Part shown: in pieces, positions 19,425-30,443 of the stretch
Numbering within the stretch: the first letter of the stretch is position 1
Layout: the number at the start of each line of letters is the position of its first letter
NCBI RefSeq assembly: GCF_947254095.1
Contig: NZ_CAMYBV010000003.1
Span: forward strand, 32,565-96,564
Origin: an uncultured Mobiluncus sp.
GTDB lineage: Bacteria; Actinomycetota; Actinomycetes; Actinomycetales; Actinomycetaceae
Direction of reading: 5' to 3'
DNA: 64,000 nt
Translations under genes and position numbers: made by a program
The notes under the pieces: generated by a model
The model's database searches: none
The model's input: only the letters and a program-made list of their open reading frames with translations
What the model was told of the DNA's origin: nothing

Positions 19425-20840
19425 CTATCCTTTGCCGTGGTCGATATAGGCTCCTTCAGAATGCGCGCCATTGATGGGAAGCCTCACGTCGGTGGGCCAG
19501 AAAAGACTGTAAGGCTTAAAGGTAACAGACGCCCGCACACCATTGTATCCACGCCACGACTCCAGGGTAGCCTCGGAATAGTTGTCCGCGAGCAAGACTA
19601 TGTCAGCCTCGCGCGGATTAGTGGGGTTGCCTGGCCCAATATCCGAAGCATAGGAAATGTCGAATACCGCCGGTTCATCCAAAATGAGCACAGCGTATTC
19701 GGAGCCAGCGAACACTTCGGACAACTCCGATACATTCTTGAGGTTCTCCATCTGGATAAGTTCCTTTGCACTTAGTACCCGAATGAGGCCTTCAAGCTGA
19801 AAACCCACGTTATTGGTGATGTAATGCGGATTACCGGGACCATCCGCACCTAAACCAACGCCGGCTGCCATGGCTACAGTGCTTTGGGGCAACACGCCTT
19901 CTCCTCCGATAAATACAATCTTGTTAGCGCTCATAGACACGATTTGCTGGAAAGTACCTCCACCACCGGGGGGTGTCAGCAGGATAAAACCGTCCTTGGA
20001 TGCCCCCGCCACCATCGCGTCTTTCAGGGCGGTTCCCGACGCCACGTAGGCGACCTTTCGGGCCGGATCAGTGGCGGCAAACTTGGCGATTTCTAGGGCA
20101 GTGAGATAACGATTTGTTCCCGCAAAACGTTGGGTTGCCGCACCGTTCGCGACTGTTTGGAGTACCGCGTCGGGAACCGCGCCAGATCCGCCCAAAGCCA
20201 CCAGTTGTGCGCCAGCCGGCTGGTCCGCCGGCATCCGCATCGCCACGAACTGCTGTGCGGCGCTGATGCTGGCCTCGTTCGTATAGGTGATGATGGGACC
20301 GTCACGCAGCACCGAACCGGCTACCGCGTCGGGGGAACCGGACCCGGCATTTCTCGTCAGATACATCCGGTTGGTGGCGCCGTTTACCCTTATCCAGCGG
20401 TCCGCAATAGCCCGGGCAGTCGCGTTGCGGTCCGGGCCAGCCAGGCGTTCCACGTTTTCTGCGCCGCAGGTTTGCCGGGCTTGCTGGGCAATGCTGTCAG
20501 GAACCGCGCCCGATCCGCCCAAAATCACGATATGGCCGGGTTTGACCCCACCAAGGTTCAGCTGCTTGCCATCGGTGAGCACCACCGGCCCGTCCCCGAT
20601 AGTCGCCGCCGGCAGGGCGTCCACCGGGTTACGATTCGCGGCCACGTAGACCACCGGCCAGTTTGTCCCCCAAGTGTGCTTGGCTACCGCCAGGGAGGTT
20701 TCCACCCCGCTGGGCCCCGCCAGACGTTCATAGTTCAACCCCTCTGCCTGAGATTCGCTGACGGTGACCAGGGTCATCATCGCTAAAGTCAAGGCTCCCA
20801 CGGCGCCGGAAATGGCTCCGCGCTTTACCCATGCCTGCAT
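19425..20840 (-). CDS. Secreted protein with three CWB2-type cell-wall-binding repeats and an uncharacterised C-terminal domain
   Basis: Signal peptide MQAWVKRGAISGAVGALTLAMMTLVTVSESQA (ATG at 20840 with GGAAAGG RBS). Three repeats of the RLAGxDRxxTAxxIA type (RLAGPSGVETSLAVA, RLAGPDRNATARAIAD, RFAGTNRYLTALEIAK). Confidence 0.75.
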   Translation of the reverse strand: MQAWVKRGAISGAVGALTLAMMTLVTVSESQAEGLNYERLAGPSGVETSLAVAKHTWGTNWPVVYVAANRNPVDALPAATIGDGPVVLTDGKQLNLGGVKPGHIVILGGSGAVPDSIAQQARQTCGAENVERLAGPDRNATARAIADRWIRVNGATNRMYLTRNAGSGSPDAVAGSVLRDGPIITYTNEASISAAQQFVAMRMPADQPAGAQLVALGGSGAVPDAVLQTVANGAATQRFAGTNRYLTALEIAKFAATDPARKVAYVASGTALKDAMVAGASKDGFILLTPPGGGGTFQQIVSMSANKIVFIGGEGVLPQSTVAMAAGVGLGADGPGNPHYITNNVGFQLEGLIRVLSAKELIQMENLKNVSELSEVFAGSEYAVLILDEPAVFDISYASDIGPGNPTNPREADIVLLADNYSEATLESWRGYNGVRASVTFKPYSLFWPTDVRLPINGAHSEGAYIDHGKG

Positions 20841-20993
20841 ATCTGTAACCTTTCCGTTGCAACAGTCGTGACCCACTCAGCCTATTGAGGCACTTTTGAT
20901 AACTGAACACCCAAAAGGGTGAAAGTCCCGCCCCTTCCCCGCGCCGGAACAGGGGCGAAATCGGAGCGGATAGCGTCATGCTAAGGTTGAGGG

Positions 20994-21989
20994 GTGCAAA
21001 TTTTTCGTGACAAACCGTCAAGTTTCGGGCCGAGTGTCGTGACCATAGGTACTTTTGACGGTGTTCACACCGGACACAAGCGAATCATCGAGAAAGTCGT
21101 GGCGCTGGCTCACGAGCACGAGGTGGCCTCTGCCGTGTTGACGTTCGACCCGCTGCCTCGCCAAGTTCACCACCCCGACCCCAAGAATAAGTTGATTTGT
21201 TCCCTGCCAGACCGCCTGACCCGCATTGAACAGCTGGGGGTGGACGCAACCTGGGTCCAACAGTATGACCTCGATTTTGCCGCCCAGTCCCCCGCCGAGT
21301 TTGTCAATAACTACCTGGTCACCCCCCTGCATCCCCTGGTGGTCGTCATCGGGGAAGATATGCATTTCGGATCCAAGAACAGCGGAGATGCCCATACTTT
21401 ACGGGAACTGGGGGAACAGTACGGTTTTACCGTCGTGACGGTGTCTAACATCGTCGATCCGATTTTTGGGCGCCGCTGGTCCTCGTCTTGGGTGCGTGAG
21501 CTGCTGGCTCAAGGTCGGGTTGACCAGGCAGCTTATGTGTTGGGTCGCGCCCATTCGGTGCGCGGCACGGTCATTCACGGCAAGCGGCGGGGGCGCAAAC
21601 TGGGATTTCCCACCGCTAACCTGGACGCGGAGTTTGTGGAGGCGATTCCCGCCGATGGTGTTTACGCCGGTTGGCTGCGGATGCCTTACCCGCCCCACTC
21701 TAAGAGTCCGACTTCACTAGAGGTGGTGCCCGCCGCCATTTCGGTGGGAACTTCCCCGCATTTTGGCGACGTGGGGCGCACCGTGGAAGCTCACGTTTTA
21801 GGGCGCGCGGATTTGGATTTGTACGGGGAAGAAGTCGTGGTCGAGTTCGTGCATCGGATTCGCGACAACCTGGCTTTTGATTCTTTGGACGCACTGTTGG
21901 AGCGCATGGATCGCGACCTGCTGGAGACGGCCGTGGTTCTGGGGGTTCCGAAATCCCAACGTATCGACCCCGGCGCGGTCACAGTCTGA
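20994..21989 (+). CDS. ribF: Bifunctional riboflavin kinase / FMN adenylyltransferase
   Basis: N-terminal FAD synthetase motif SVVTIGTFDGVHTGH. C-terminal riboflavin kinase motifs (GTVIHGKRRGRKLGFPTANL, VEFVHRIR). Confidence 0.9.
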   Translation: MQIFRDKPSSFGPSVVTIGTFDGVHTGHKRIIEKVVALAHEHEVASAVLTFDPLPRQVHHPDPKNKLICSLPDRLTRIEQLGVDATWVQQYDLDFAAQSPAEFVNNYLVTPLHPLVVVIGEDMHFGSKNSGDAHTLRELGEQYGFTVVTVSNIVDPIFGRRWSSSWVRELLAQGRVDQAAYVLGRAHSVRGTVIHGKRRGRKLGFPTANLDAEFVEAIPADGVYAGWLRMPYPPHSKSPTSLEVVPAAISVGTSPHFGDVGRTVEAHVLGRADLDLYGEEVVVEFVHRIRDNLAFDSLDALLERMDRDLLETAVVLGVPKSQRIDPGAVTV

Positions 21990-22066
21990 GGTCGCGCGGT
22001 GGGCTCAGCGTCTTTTGGCAAACGGGACCCGGGAGCGCCTTTTGCCGAAGTCAGGGCAGACCGAGT

Positions 22067-23497
22067 TTAAGCCGATTCTTGCAGTTTCGGGTCGCGTTTC
22101 AGGTAGGCCCGGGTTTCGCGGGCAATCAAACCCGAAGCCAGGATTAGCCCAATCAGGTTCGGCAGAGCCATCAACCCGTTCGTGACATCAGCCAAGGTCC
22201 AGGCCACTTTTAGCTCCGTGATGCAGCCCACGAAAACAACTATGGCAAACAACAAACGATAGACGACGACGGCTTGGAGGCCGAACAAACGCTGCACGCA
22301 GCGTTCCCCGTAGTAGGCCCAGCCCAGCACGGTGGAAAACGCAAAGAACACCAGGGACACTGCCACCACAAAGTGGCCCTGGCCGCCGGGGAAACCGATG
22401 TTGAAAGCTTGGGCGGTGAGAGGTGAACCATCCAGCGTCTCACCGCTGGCGTCGGTCGCTTGCCAAGCTCCCGTAACGACGATGACCAGCGCCGTCATGG
22501 ACACCACGATGATGGTGTCGATGAAGGTTTGGGTCATGGAGACGAGCCCTTGCCGGACCGGTTCGCGAGTGCGGGCCGCGGCCGCAGCAATCGCGGCCGA
22601 GCCCATCCCGGACTCGTTAGAGAAAATCCCGCGCGCCACCCCGTACTGGAGCGCCACCATGAACGTGGAGCCCACGAAACCGCCCGTCGCGGCGCTGCCC
22701 GTAAAGGCATCGTGAACAATCAGCGCCAAGGCGCCGGGGATTTTCGTGGCGTACAGACCCAGCACAATCAGCGAGGCTCCCACGTAGAGAATAATCATGA
22801 TGGGGACAAAAGCCGAGGTCACCCGGCCGATGGATTTCACTCCGCCCAGCAGGACGATACCGGTCAGAGCCGCCATGAACAGGCCGGTCATCCACGGGTT
22901 CACCCCGAAAGAGGCCTCTAGCTGGGTCGCAACCGAGTTCGCTTGGGTCAAGTTACCGATACCGAACGAGGCAATAATCGCGAAAATCGCAAAGGCAATA
23001 GCCAGAGTCCGACCCAGCCACTTCACTTTCGTGACGTGTTCCAGGTAGTACTGCGGACCGCCGCTCATCTCACCTTTAGTGTCTTTGGTGCGGAAACGCA
23101 CTGCCAGGAAAGCCTCGGAATACTTAGAAGCCATGCCAACTAAACCGGTAACCCACATCCAGAACACCGCTCCGGGTCCGCCAATGTGGATAGCGGTGGC
23201 GACGCCGGCGATGTTGCCAACCCCGACGGTTGCGGCTAGGGCGGTAGTCAACGCTTGGTAGTGGGAAATGTCGCCCTCAATAGTGTCGTCGAGCGGTTGT
23301 TTCCCCTCGGGGCTTTCCCCGGTGCCCTCGTCGCGTTTCAGCAGGGCGAGGTGCATGGCGGGACCGAGTTTGCGGAACTGGATTCCCGACAGCCGAATGG
23401 TCAGCCACAATCCGGTTCCCAGCAGCAGGGGAATCAGGAAAAACGGCCCCCAGACGAAAGAGTCGATGGTTTTGAGAACCTCAAAAAACTTGTCCAT
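22067..23497 (-). CDS. Sodium:alanine (amino acid:cation) symporter, AGCS family
   Basis: AGCS N-terminus MDKFFEVLKTIDSFVWGPFFLIPLLLGTGLWLTIRLSGIQFRKLGPAMHL with ~11 transmembrane segments. ATG at 23497 with TGAGG RBS. The ORF table extends to a TTG at 23527. Confidence 0.85.
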   Translation of the reverse strand: MDKFFEVLKTIDSFVWGPFFLIPLLLGTGLWLTIRLSGIQFRKLGPAMHLALLKRDEGTGESPEGKQPLDDTIEGDISHYQALTTALAATVGVGNIAGVATAIHIGGPGAVFWMWVTGLVGMASKYSEAFLAVRFRTKDTKGEMSGGPQYYLEHVTKVKWLGRTLAIAFAIFAIIASFGIGNLTQANSVATQLEASFGVNPWMTGLFMAALTGIVLLGGVKSIGRVTSAFVPIMIILYVGASLIVLGLYATKIPGALALIVHDAFTGSAATGGFVGSTFMVALQYGVARGIFSNESGMGSAAIAAAAARTREPVRQGLVSMTQTFIDTIIVVSMTALVIVVTGAWQATDASGETLDGSPLTAQAFNIGFPGGQGHFVVAVSLVFFAFSTVLGWAYYGERCVQRLFGLQAVVVYRLLFAIVVFVGCITELKVAWTLADVTNGLMALPNLIGLILASGLIARETRAYLKRDPKLQESA

Positions 23498-23636
23498 AGT
23501 GTATTGCCTCAGTATTTTCGGATACAAACTTGTGGCAAGTTTAGCGAGTGAGCCCGGTTATCCATAATTCGGCACTGTTGTCCACTATTCGAGACAGGCG
23601 ACAAGGCCGGTGGATGGGGGCGGTGCTTTCGGCCGG

Positions 23637-25556
23637 TTACCGCGCCGTCAGCAGGGCGCCAATCTGGTTTGCTACGCCTCGTGACACCGCCCCGGAGCCA
23701 CCGGCGATGGTGTAGGAGGCCTGCGAGTGAGCCTGCACGAAACTTTGCAGGCTCACGTCCAGGGCGGCGGGGCGGCTAAGCAAAATGGCTTGGTTATTCG
23801 CGTGCGCGTAGCCGGAGCCGGCCAAGCCGTCCGCAAACACGGTACCCGAAGCAATCAGGTACCCCGAGGTGTTAGGGAAGAAGTTTTGGGCCAACTTGGT
23901 GGAGGTCTGGAAACGATCTTTACCCACGATGGTCTTTACCTCGCTAGCGGCAGCACCCCAGGCAGAGTTAGCGGTAGCAGCTGCGGCAGCCCCACCGCCT
24001 ACGCCCCAGATGCGCAGCTTGCCCCCCTGCTGTGCCGCCATATTCGCTAGGTTAGTAATCGCTTGACGGGTGGTTGGGGGGATACTGTTGGAGCGCGTGA
24101 AGAGGATGACACCGTGGGTGTTTGCCACCGAGGGACCGGCGGCGATGGCGTCGGGAATGTTGGGGTCGCTAACGGCGTCGACCAGGAAGACGTCAAGGAT
24201 CTTTGTGTTGGCAACGACCGAAGCGTTTTCCTGGGCCGCCCAGGCCGCGACCCGGCTGGCGGTATCGAAACGGTCTTGACCCCCTAGGTCGGTGATGGAG
24301 ATTCCGGCTTGCTGCAGTTCCGTGCGTTGGGCAGCCGAGAGTTTTACTCCCCCGCCAACTACATAGAGGGTCTTGCGCTGCGAGGCCTTGATGGCGGAAA
24401 TCACCGCCGGTTCCACCGGGTTGGACACCGTGAGCAGCACCGTTGCGCCTCGTGCCCCCACCAAAGCTGCCGAACTCAGAGCATCCGGAGCGAGCCGCCC
24501 GGTGGTCAGCGCAATCGCGTCCCCGCTGGTCCCGCTGGCCGCGTGCAACGCCAAGGCTGTAGAGACACGGTCGGCTCCGCCAATCCGGTTCAATCGAGAT
24601 TCATAAGGATATTCAGCCGCGTTAGGAGACGGCGAACCCAGGGTCACCCCGGTGATGTCTTTCAGCCACGAAGCTAGGGGAATCACGGAACCAAAGTAAG
24701 CCCCCTGATCGTTACCCCCAATCAAAGTGCCTATGACCTGGTTCCCCACCACCAGGGGTCCGCCGGAGTCCCCATGTTCCGTTTTCACTCCCGGCCACGA
24801 GGTCTTGTAGCTGAACTGACCGGGGGCGCTAGGCACGTTGCAGTTCGCCGCAAATTCACCCTGTTTATCGCCTCGAACCACTGTGAAACAGGTCGCGACA
24901 ATTCGTTGTGACGTAGACAGGAGGGCATTGGAAGTGCCGCCCCAGCCATACTCCACCGCCACATCGCCGACTTTGGCTGGCCCGGAGGCTAAAGTGACGG
25001 GGGGGATGGAATAAACCGGGTTCTCCAGGTGCATAACCGCAGCATCATACTGAGGGTTGGCTTTGTAATCGTTCACGGCAGTGGTCGACTGCCGGGTCGG
25101 CCCAAAACTAATGTTGATATATCGGGGCTTATTGACCACGCAATGTCCCGCGGTCAAAACCCAGGAGGGATCAATGAGCACTCCTGTACAGAGTGAGCCG
25201 GTGTTATCCCAATTGCTGATACTGATAAAAGCCACCCAACCGGCCTGCGCGGCACTTGGGGCAGCGCCTCCCCCAATCATCAAATCGCCGAATTCCGAAC
25301 CGGGATACGAATCGGGCGCAGCGGAAGGCTCACCGCTGGGAGCGGAGGTGAAGTTATCAGGAAGTTCGGGGAACTCGCTGGTTTCATCCGCAGCCGGAAC
25401 TGTCGCCGCCGCCGTGCTGGAAATTGCGGGAGTATCCGCCGGTACAACCGGACTGGCGAGACTCATTTCCGCGGGTCCGGCGAGCAGACCTACAAATCCC
25501 AACAAACCGAGTGTAACCATCGGCCACCATGATTTGAGAGACGCGTTTTGTTTCAT
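23637..25556 (-). CDS. Secreted trypsin-like (S1) serine protease fused to three CWB2 cell-wall-binding repeats
   Basis: Signal peptide. Catalytic His motif WVLTAGHCV and Ser motif GDSGGPLVV. C-terminal repeats RIGGADRVSTALALH, GGQDRFDTASRVAAW, VGKDRFQTSTKLAQ. Confidence 0.8.
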   Translation of the reverse strand: MKQNASLKSWWPMVTLGLLGFVGLLAGPAEMSLASPVVPADTPAISSTAAATVPAADETSEFPELPDNFTSAPSGEPSAAPDSYPGSEFGDLMIGGGAAPSAAQAGWVAFISISNWDNTGSLCTGVLIDPSWVLTAGHCVVNKPRYINISFGPTRQSTTAVNDYKANPQYDAAVMHLENPVYSIPPVTLASGPAKVGDVAVEYGWGGTSNALLSTSQRIVATCFTVVRGDKQGEFAANCNVPSAPGQFSYKTSWPGVKTEHGDSGGPLVVGNQVIGTLIGGNDQGAYFGSVIPLASWLKDITGVTLGSPSPNAAEYPYESRLNRIGGADRVSTALALHAASGTSGDAIALTTGRLAPDALSSAALVGARGATVLLTVSNPVEPAVISAIKASQRKTLYVVGGGVKLSAAQRTELQQAGISITDLGGQDRFDTASRVAAWAAQENASVVANTKILDVFLVDAVSDPNIPDAIAAGPSVANTHGVILFTRSNSIPPTTRQAITNLANMAAQQGGKLRIWGVGGGAAAAATANSAWGAAASEVKTIVGKDRFQTSTKLAQNFFPNTSGYLIASGTVFADGLAGSGYAHANNQAILLSRPAALDVSLQSFVQAHSQASYTIAGGSGAVSRGVANQIGALLTAR

Positions 25557-25610
25557 TTCTTCACTTTCCCAAAATAAAATCAGCTCTTAACTATTTTATG
25601 TCTCGACAAC

Positions 25611-26675
25611 TCAAGATTTTGCAGGTCTCAGCACCCAGATTGGTTTCAGCCTGTCACGATTTCGCTCCGCCAGCGCCACGACGCGTTTATCCCCAGCTTT
25701 TGTTTCAGTTACTGGTTCGGTTACTGCCACCAGCGCACCGTCGGACGCATTGGGGCACGAATTTGCTGTCTCAAGGGGGATGTTTGGGGCAGCATGGGTC
25801 GAGTCCCGCAGCGCTGGAGCTTGTCCGAAAGACAACGCTCGCACCTGAGTTTCATCTCCCGGAAATTCGGGGAAGATTCCCAATATCGCGGCGTCCAAAC
25901 CCAAGGGGCGCAGCACTCCGTAACGGCGAACTTCGGTCTCGAACTCGGATAGACTGTGTGCTTGGTCCAGTCCGTATGACCCGACCGAAATACGTCGCAA
26001 TGCAGTCAAATGCGCCCCCACGCCCAGGTCCGCGCCGAGATCTCGAGCCAGGGAACGCACGTAGGTTCCTGCCGAGCAGCCCACTACGATGTCCGCATCG
26101 GTGACCTGCACTGGAGGGTTAGAGTCGTCTCCTGCCACCGTTTCGAGAACTGGTGCACCGCGCAGCTCGAGCCGGTGAATGGTCACCGGACGGGGCTGTA
26201 TTTCCACGTTTTTTCCGGCACGTGCCAAGTCATAGGCACGTTTTCCACCAATTTTTATGGCAGAAAACTTGGCTGGAATTTGGTCGACTGCTCCGCGCCA
26301 CGGTTCCAGCGCTGCCGTGATTTCCGCCGTGGATAAGGCGGCTCCCGCACGGGATAGAACCTGTCCCAGCGCGTCATCGGTATCTGTAGAGATACCGAAT
26401 CGCACCCGCGCGGTATAGACCTTGTCATGAGCCGTCAGGTATTGCAGCAGGCGGGTGGCTTTGCCGATGGCACAGATCAGGATTCCCGTGGCCAGCGGGT
26501 CAAGGGTGCCGGCGTAACCGACTTTCTTTTGACCTGCCAACCGGCGAATCCGTGACGCTACCGCGTTAGAACTCAACCCCCGTGGCTTATCCACAATGAC
26601 CAGTCCGGGCGGGCAAGTTTCACCCCGAGGTAAATCCTCAGGGCAGTCAGGCAAAAAGTCTGGCGCGTCAAACAT
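25611..26675 (-). CDS. truB: tRNA pseudouridine(55) synthase
   Basis: GLVIVDKPRGLSSNAVASRIRRLAGQKKVGYAGTLDPLATGILICAIGKATRL with catalytic Asp. Start assigned to ATG 26675. The ORF table's TTG at 26720 is an alternative. Confidence 0.85.
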   Translation of the reverse strand: MFDAPDFLPDCPEDLPRGETCPPGLVIVDKPRGLSSNAVASRIRRLAGQKKVGYAGTLDPLATGILICAIGKATRLLQYLTAHDKVYTARVRFGISTDTDDALGQVLSRAGAALSTAEITAALEPWRGAVDQIPAKFSAIKIGGKRAYDLARAGKNVEIQPRPVTIHRLELRGAPVLETVAGDDSNPPVQVTDADIVVGCSAGTYVRSLARDLGADLGVGAHLTALRRISVGSYGLDQAHSLSEFETEVRRYGVLRPLGLDAAILGIFPEFPGDETQVRALSFGQAPALRDSTHAAPNIPLETANSCPNASDGALVAVTEPVTETKAGDKRVVALAERNRDRLKPIWVLRPAKS

Positions 26676-26782
26676 CGTAACCTGCCCCGGAACCCTTGTG
26701 AACCAGCCGTCCCCCACCAAAGGTGTCCTCCGGGCCGCTCCCGACGAAAGTTTCCCCGCGGACAGTCCCCTGCCCCGCCAGG

Positions 26783-27220
26783 TTAGGAGTCCTGGTCATC
26801 TTCAGTTTCACGAGGAGTCTTATAAGGATTAGCTTCCCCGGCATACTGGGTGCCTTTGCGCGCTGCCAACTCGGCGTCTGCCGCGCGAGCCTCCGCGAGG
26901 GCTGATTCCAAAGCCGCGGCTTGCTGAGGCACCGGATCGGAGACAAATTCCAAGGTAGGAGTCAGGCGGGTGCCCAAATTCTTGCCGACGCGGGAGCGAA
27001 TCAATCCTTTGGCAGATTCCAAAGCCGCCCCCGAAGCGGTGCGTTCCGTGTCGCTACCATAAGCCGTGTAATAAACTTTGGCGTGCTGCAAATCCCCCGT
27101 GACCTCGACCGAAGTAATGGTGACGAAGCCTAATCGCGGATCTTTAATCTTGCCGGCCAACATGCTGGCCACCGTGGTCAAAATGTTTGCGGCGACTTTT
27201 TCGCGCCGAGTATCGTCCAT
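26783..27220 (-). CDS. rbfA: Ribosome-binding factor A
   Basis: RREKVAANILTTVASMLAGKIKDPRLGFVTITSVEVTGDLQHAKVYYTAYG. Sits in the conserved position between infB and truB. Confidence 0.9.
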   Translation of the reverse strand: MDDTRREKVAANILTTVASMLAGKIKDPRLGFVTITSVEVTGDLQHAKVYYTAYGSDTERTASGAALESAKGLIRSRVGKNLGTRLTPTLEFVSDPVPQQAAALESALAEARAADAELAARKGTQYAGEANPYKTPRETEDDQDS

Positions 27221-27316
27221 TGTTTCTCTCAATCTGCTGTGTTATCACGGCGCCCCAGCCGAGCCCCGGCAGTAAACCGCCGCAGCCCGACCGGGACACC
27301 GGGTTGATTAGGAATA

Positions 27317-30094
27317 TTAGTCGCGCGGGATTTCGCGCATTTCCCACGTCTCGATGCGGTCGCCCACCTGGATGTCCTTAAACTCCAGACCGATACCGCA
27401 CTCGAAGCCTTCGCGGACCTCGGTGACATCGTCCTTTTCGCGACGCAAGGAATGAATCTCCAGCTCTCCGTTGACGACCACACCATCGCGAACCAAGCGG
27501 GCTTTGGCGCCACGCTTGATAGTGCCCGACTTGATCAAGCAACCCGCGATATTGCCGAACTTGGAGGACTTAAAGACCTGGCGAATCTCGGCGGTACCGA
27601 GTTCGTGTTCCTCATAAATCGGCTTTAGCATACCCTTCAAGGAGTTCTCGACATCCTCAATGACCTGGTAGATGACGGAATAGAACTTCATCTCCACGCC
27701 TTCGCTATCTGCCAACTCCGCCACGCGCTCGGCAGGACGTACGTTGAATCCGATAATGATGGCGTTGTCCACGGTAGCCAGGTTGACGTCGTTTTGGGTA
27801 ATCGCACCGACACCGCGGTGAATGATACGCAAACCGACTTCCTCGCCCACGTCAATCTTTAGCAGGGAGTCTTCCAGAGCTTCGACCGAGCCGGACACGT
27901 CGCCCTTGATAATCAAGTTCAGCATGTCGACCTTGCCGGCCTTCAAGGCTTCGTCGAAGGATTCCAGCGTCACGCGCTTGCGGCGCTTGGCCAGCAGTGC
28001 TGCACGTTCCGCAGCAGCGCGTTTGTCCGCAATTTGGCGCGCTGTCCGGTCGTCTTCAGCGACCAGGAAGTTATCACCAGCTCGCGGCACCGAGGTTAGC
28101 CCCAGCACCTGCACCGGTGTGGAGGGGGTGGCCTCTTCTACATTTTGACCACGTTCGTTGAACATGGCACGCACCCTACCGTAGGCAGTTCCCGCCACAA
28201 TAGCGTCACCGACGCGCAAAGTACCACGCTGCACCAGCATGGTGGCAACCGTACCGCGTCCCTTGTCCAAGTTCGCTTCAATAGCGACACCGCGGGCGGG
28301 AGCGTGCGGATTGGCTTGCAAATCCAGCACTGCGTCAGCAGTCAACAGCACCGCATCCAGCAGGTCCTCAATGCCCATCCGCTGCTTAGCTGAAATCGGC
28401 ACAAACATGGTGTCACCGCCGTATTCTTCGGGCAGCACCCCATATTCAGACATCTGCGCTTTGACCTTGTCTGGGTTAGCGGTCGGTTTATCAATCTTGT
28501 TGACTGCCACCACAATCGGCACGTTCGCAGCCTTGGCATGGTTGATTGCCTCCACGGTCTGCGGCATCACGCCGTCATCAGCGGCGACCACAATAATCGC
28601 AATGTCAGTGACCTGAGCACCACGGGCACGCATCGCGGTAAAGGCTTCGTGACCCGGCGTATCAATAAAGGTGAGTTTGCGACCCTTATCGGCCTTTTTC
28701 AACGTGACCATGTAAGCGCCAATGTGCTGGGTAATCCCGCCATACTCGGTATCAATCACGTCAGTATTGCGGATGGCGTCCAACAGCTTGGTCTTACCGT
28801 GGTCGACGTGACCCATCACCGTCACCACCGGGGGTCGGGGTTCCATTGCCTCGATGTCATCGAGTTCTTCTGCCTCTAGGTCAATATCGAAGGATTCCAG
28901 CAGTTCGCGGTCCTCATCCTCCGGTGAAACCACCTCAATCTCGTAGCCGAGTTCCGCTCCCAGCAGCTTGAAAGTGTCTTCGTCCAAGGACTGATTGGCA
29001 GTGACCATCTCGCCCATGTGGAACAGCACCGTCACCAACGCAGCAGGATTGACGTGAATCTTGTCTGCAAAGTCGGCAACCGACGCTCCGGAACGAATCC
29101 GAACCTCTTGACCGTTGCCTTTCGGGACGGTGACACCGCCAATGACGGGTGCATTTTGCTCTTCGATTTCCTGACGTTTAGCCCGACGACTCTTGCCTTT
29201 CCGGGACTTGCCGTGACCGAAAGCGCCCTGGGTAAAGCCGCGCCCACCGCGACCGCGAGGTGGCGAAGGCGGACCGCCAAAAGCCGGAGCGCCGCCAAAA
29301 CCGCCCCCTGCTAATGCTTCAGGGCTGGGGCGAGAACCACGCCCGCCACGCCCACCGCGACCCGCGGGACCGGAGTCACCGCGCGGGGAACCCATGCGGT
29401 CTCCCGGCTTGGGACGCGGACCGCCGCCCTGACCGGGACGGGGAATACCTTGGCTCATTCCCTGCGCAGAAGCGAACGGGTTATTGCCCAGCCGCCCTCG
29501 GCGCGGACCCGGCTTGGCTTTAATCCCACTGGTACCACCGGGACGTGGCATTCCCTGCGCAGAAGCGAACGGGTTGTTGCCTGGACGCGCGCCCGGCTTG
29601 GGAATCCCGGCTCCTGGCTTGGGAATATCAGGGTGAGCACTCGGTTTCGCCTGCAGTTTGGCAGGGCTGGGACTCGAGTCTGTTTTCTCCGGGGTCGGTT
29701 GAGGGGCTGCGGGAGTCTCCGGCGCTTCGGGTGTTTCTGGAGTTGCGTCATCCGGAGTGACCGCCGTCTCTGGAGCCGTTGGCTCAACAGGACTGGCGGG
29801 TGATGAAGATTCTGTTTCCGCAGGATCCGCATCCGCAGTTTCACTCTTTGTAGTCGTCTTGACAGCTGGCTTCTTCGCTTTCGCGGTCGCTTTTTCGGCT
29901 TTCTCAGCGGCTTCCGGGCTGAACTTGCCCAGTTTTTCCTCTGCAAAGCGTTCCATCATCCGCTTCACTACGGGGCTTTCCACCACGGAGGATGCAGATT
30001 TTACGAACTCTCCAGCGTCTTTCAGATACGCCAGCATTTCTTTGGATTCAATACCGAGCTCTTTCGCAAGCTCGTGCACGCGCATTCGTGCCAC
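27317..30094 (-). CDS. infB: Translation initiation factor IF-2
   Basis: N-terminal [11 protein letters not shown]. Long Pro/Gly/Ala low-complexity region. GTP-binding domain [17 protein letters not shown]-terminal domains. The start is likely the GTG at 30094, after a GGAG RBS. Confidence 0.95.
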   Translation of the reverse strand: MARMRVHELAKELGIESKEMLAYLKDAGEFVKSASSVVESPVVKRMMERFAEEKLGKFSPEAAEKAEKATAKAKKPAVKTTTKSETADADPAETESSSPASPVEPTAPETAVTPDDATPETPEAPETPAAPQPTPEKTDSSPSPAKLQAKPSAHPDIPKPGAGIPKPGARPGNNPFASAQGMPRPGGTSGIKAKPGPRRGRLGNNPFASAQGMSQGIPRPGQGGGPRPKPGDRMGSPRGDSGPAGRGGRGGRGSRPSPEALAGGGFGGAPAFGGPPSPPRGRGGRGFTQGAFGHGKSRKGKSRRAKRQEIEEQNAPVIGGVTVPKGNGQEVRIRSGASVADFADKIHVNPAALVTVLFHMGEMVTANQSLDEDTFKLLGAELGYEIEVVSPEDEDRELLESFDIDLEAEELDDIEAMEPRPPVVTVMGHVDHGKTKLLDAIRNTDVIDTEYGGITQHIGAYMVTLKKADKGRKLTFIDTPGHEAFTAMRARGAQVTDIAIIVVAADDGVMPQTVEAINHAKAANVPIVVAVNKIDKPTANPDKVKAQMSEYGVLPEEYGGDTMFVPISAKQRMGIEDLLDAVLLTADAVLDLQANPHAPARGVAIEANLDKGRGTVATMLVQRGTLRVGDAIVAGTAYGRVRAMFNERGQNVEEATPSTPVQVLGLTSVPRAGDNFLVAEDDRTARQIADKRAAAERAALLAKRRKRVTLESFDEALKAGKVDMLNLIIKGDVSGSVEALEDSLLKIDVGEEVGLRIIHRGVGAITQNDVNLATVDNAIIIGFNVRPAERVAELADSEGVEMKFYSVIYQVIEDVENSLKGMLKPIYEEHELGTAEIRQVFKSSKFGNIAGCLIKSGTIKRGAKARLVRDGVVVNGELEIHSLRREKDDVTEVREGFECGIGLEFKDIQVGDRIETWEMREIPRD

Positions 30095-30150
30095 TTTTCT
30101 CCTGTCCTTCGCCACTCCACCCGGCGAAGGGTGAGAATGGATTAATCGTT

Positions 30151-30172
30151 GGTACTCATCGGGTACTCATCG
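30151..30172. repeat. Perfect 11-bp tandem duplication GGTACTCATCG x2 in the infB 5' leader
   Basis: Seen directly: ggtactcatcgggtactcatcgggtg. Confidence 0.7.
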
Positions 30173-30319
30173 GGTGCCCAACATCTTCCAACCCGCTCCT
30201 AGGTCATTGCGAACACAGTGCCTGGGGATTAATGAAATCCACCAGCCGCATGGTGTCCTCAGCCAATAAGTTCATGTACTCAAACGCGGCTGTTGGAGCC
30301 GCGAAAAGCAACGCTCCCG

Positions 30320-30350
30320 ATTATACCCGACTTTTCTCTATGCATTTGAA
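30320..30350 (-). promoter_or_regulatory. Candidate internal promoter for infB (perfect TATAAT -10, TTCAAA -35, 19-bp spacer) followed by alternative GC hairpins
   Basis: Minus strand reads TTCAAATGCATAGAGAAAAGTCGGGTATAATCGGGAGCG. Downstream hairpins GGAGCG...GCTCC and GCGGCtccaacaGCCGC. Confidence 0.3.
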
Positions 30351-30443
30351 TCGGAGCCCCCAGCCGTGCAAAACCACCAGCCAAAACATTGGGGTGGAAC
30401 CGTCCATGACGGCTCCACCCCGAAGTTATTGGCAGATTCTCAA

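Noticed and set aside
21990-22066. GGCAAA-N17-TTTGCC inverted repeat between convergent ribF and the AGCS gene, considered as a bidirectional terminator
   Set aside because: The stem is only 6 bp with a 17-nt loop and weak flanking T-tracts. Too weak to call with confidence.
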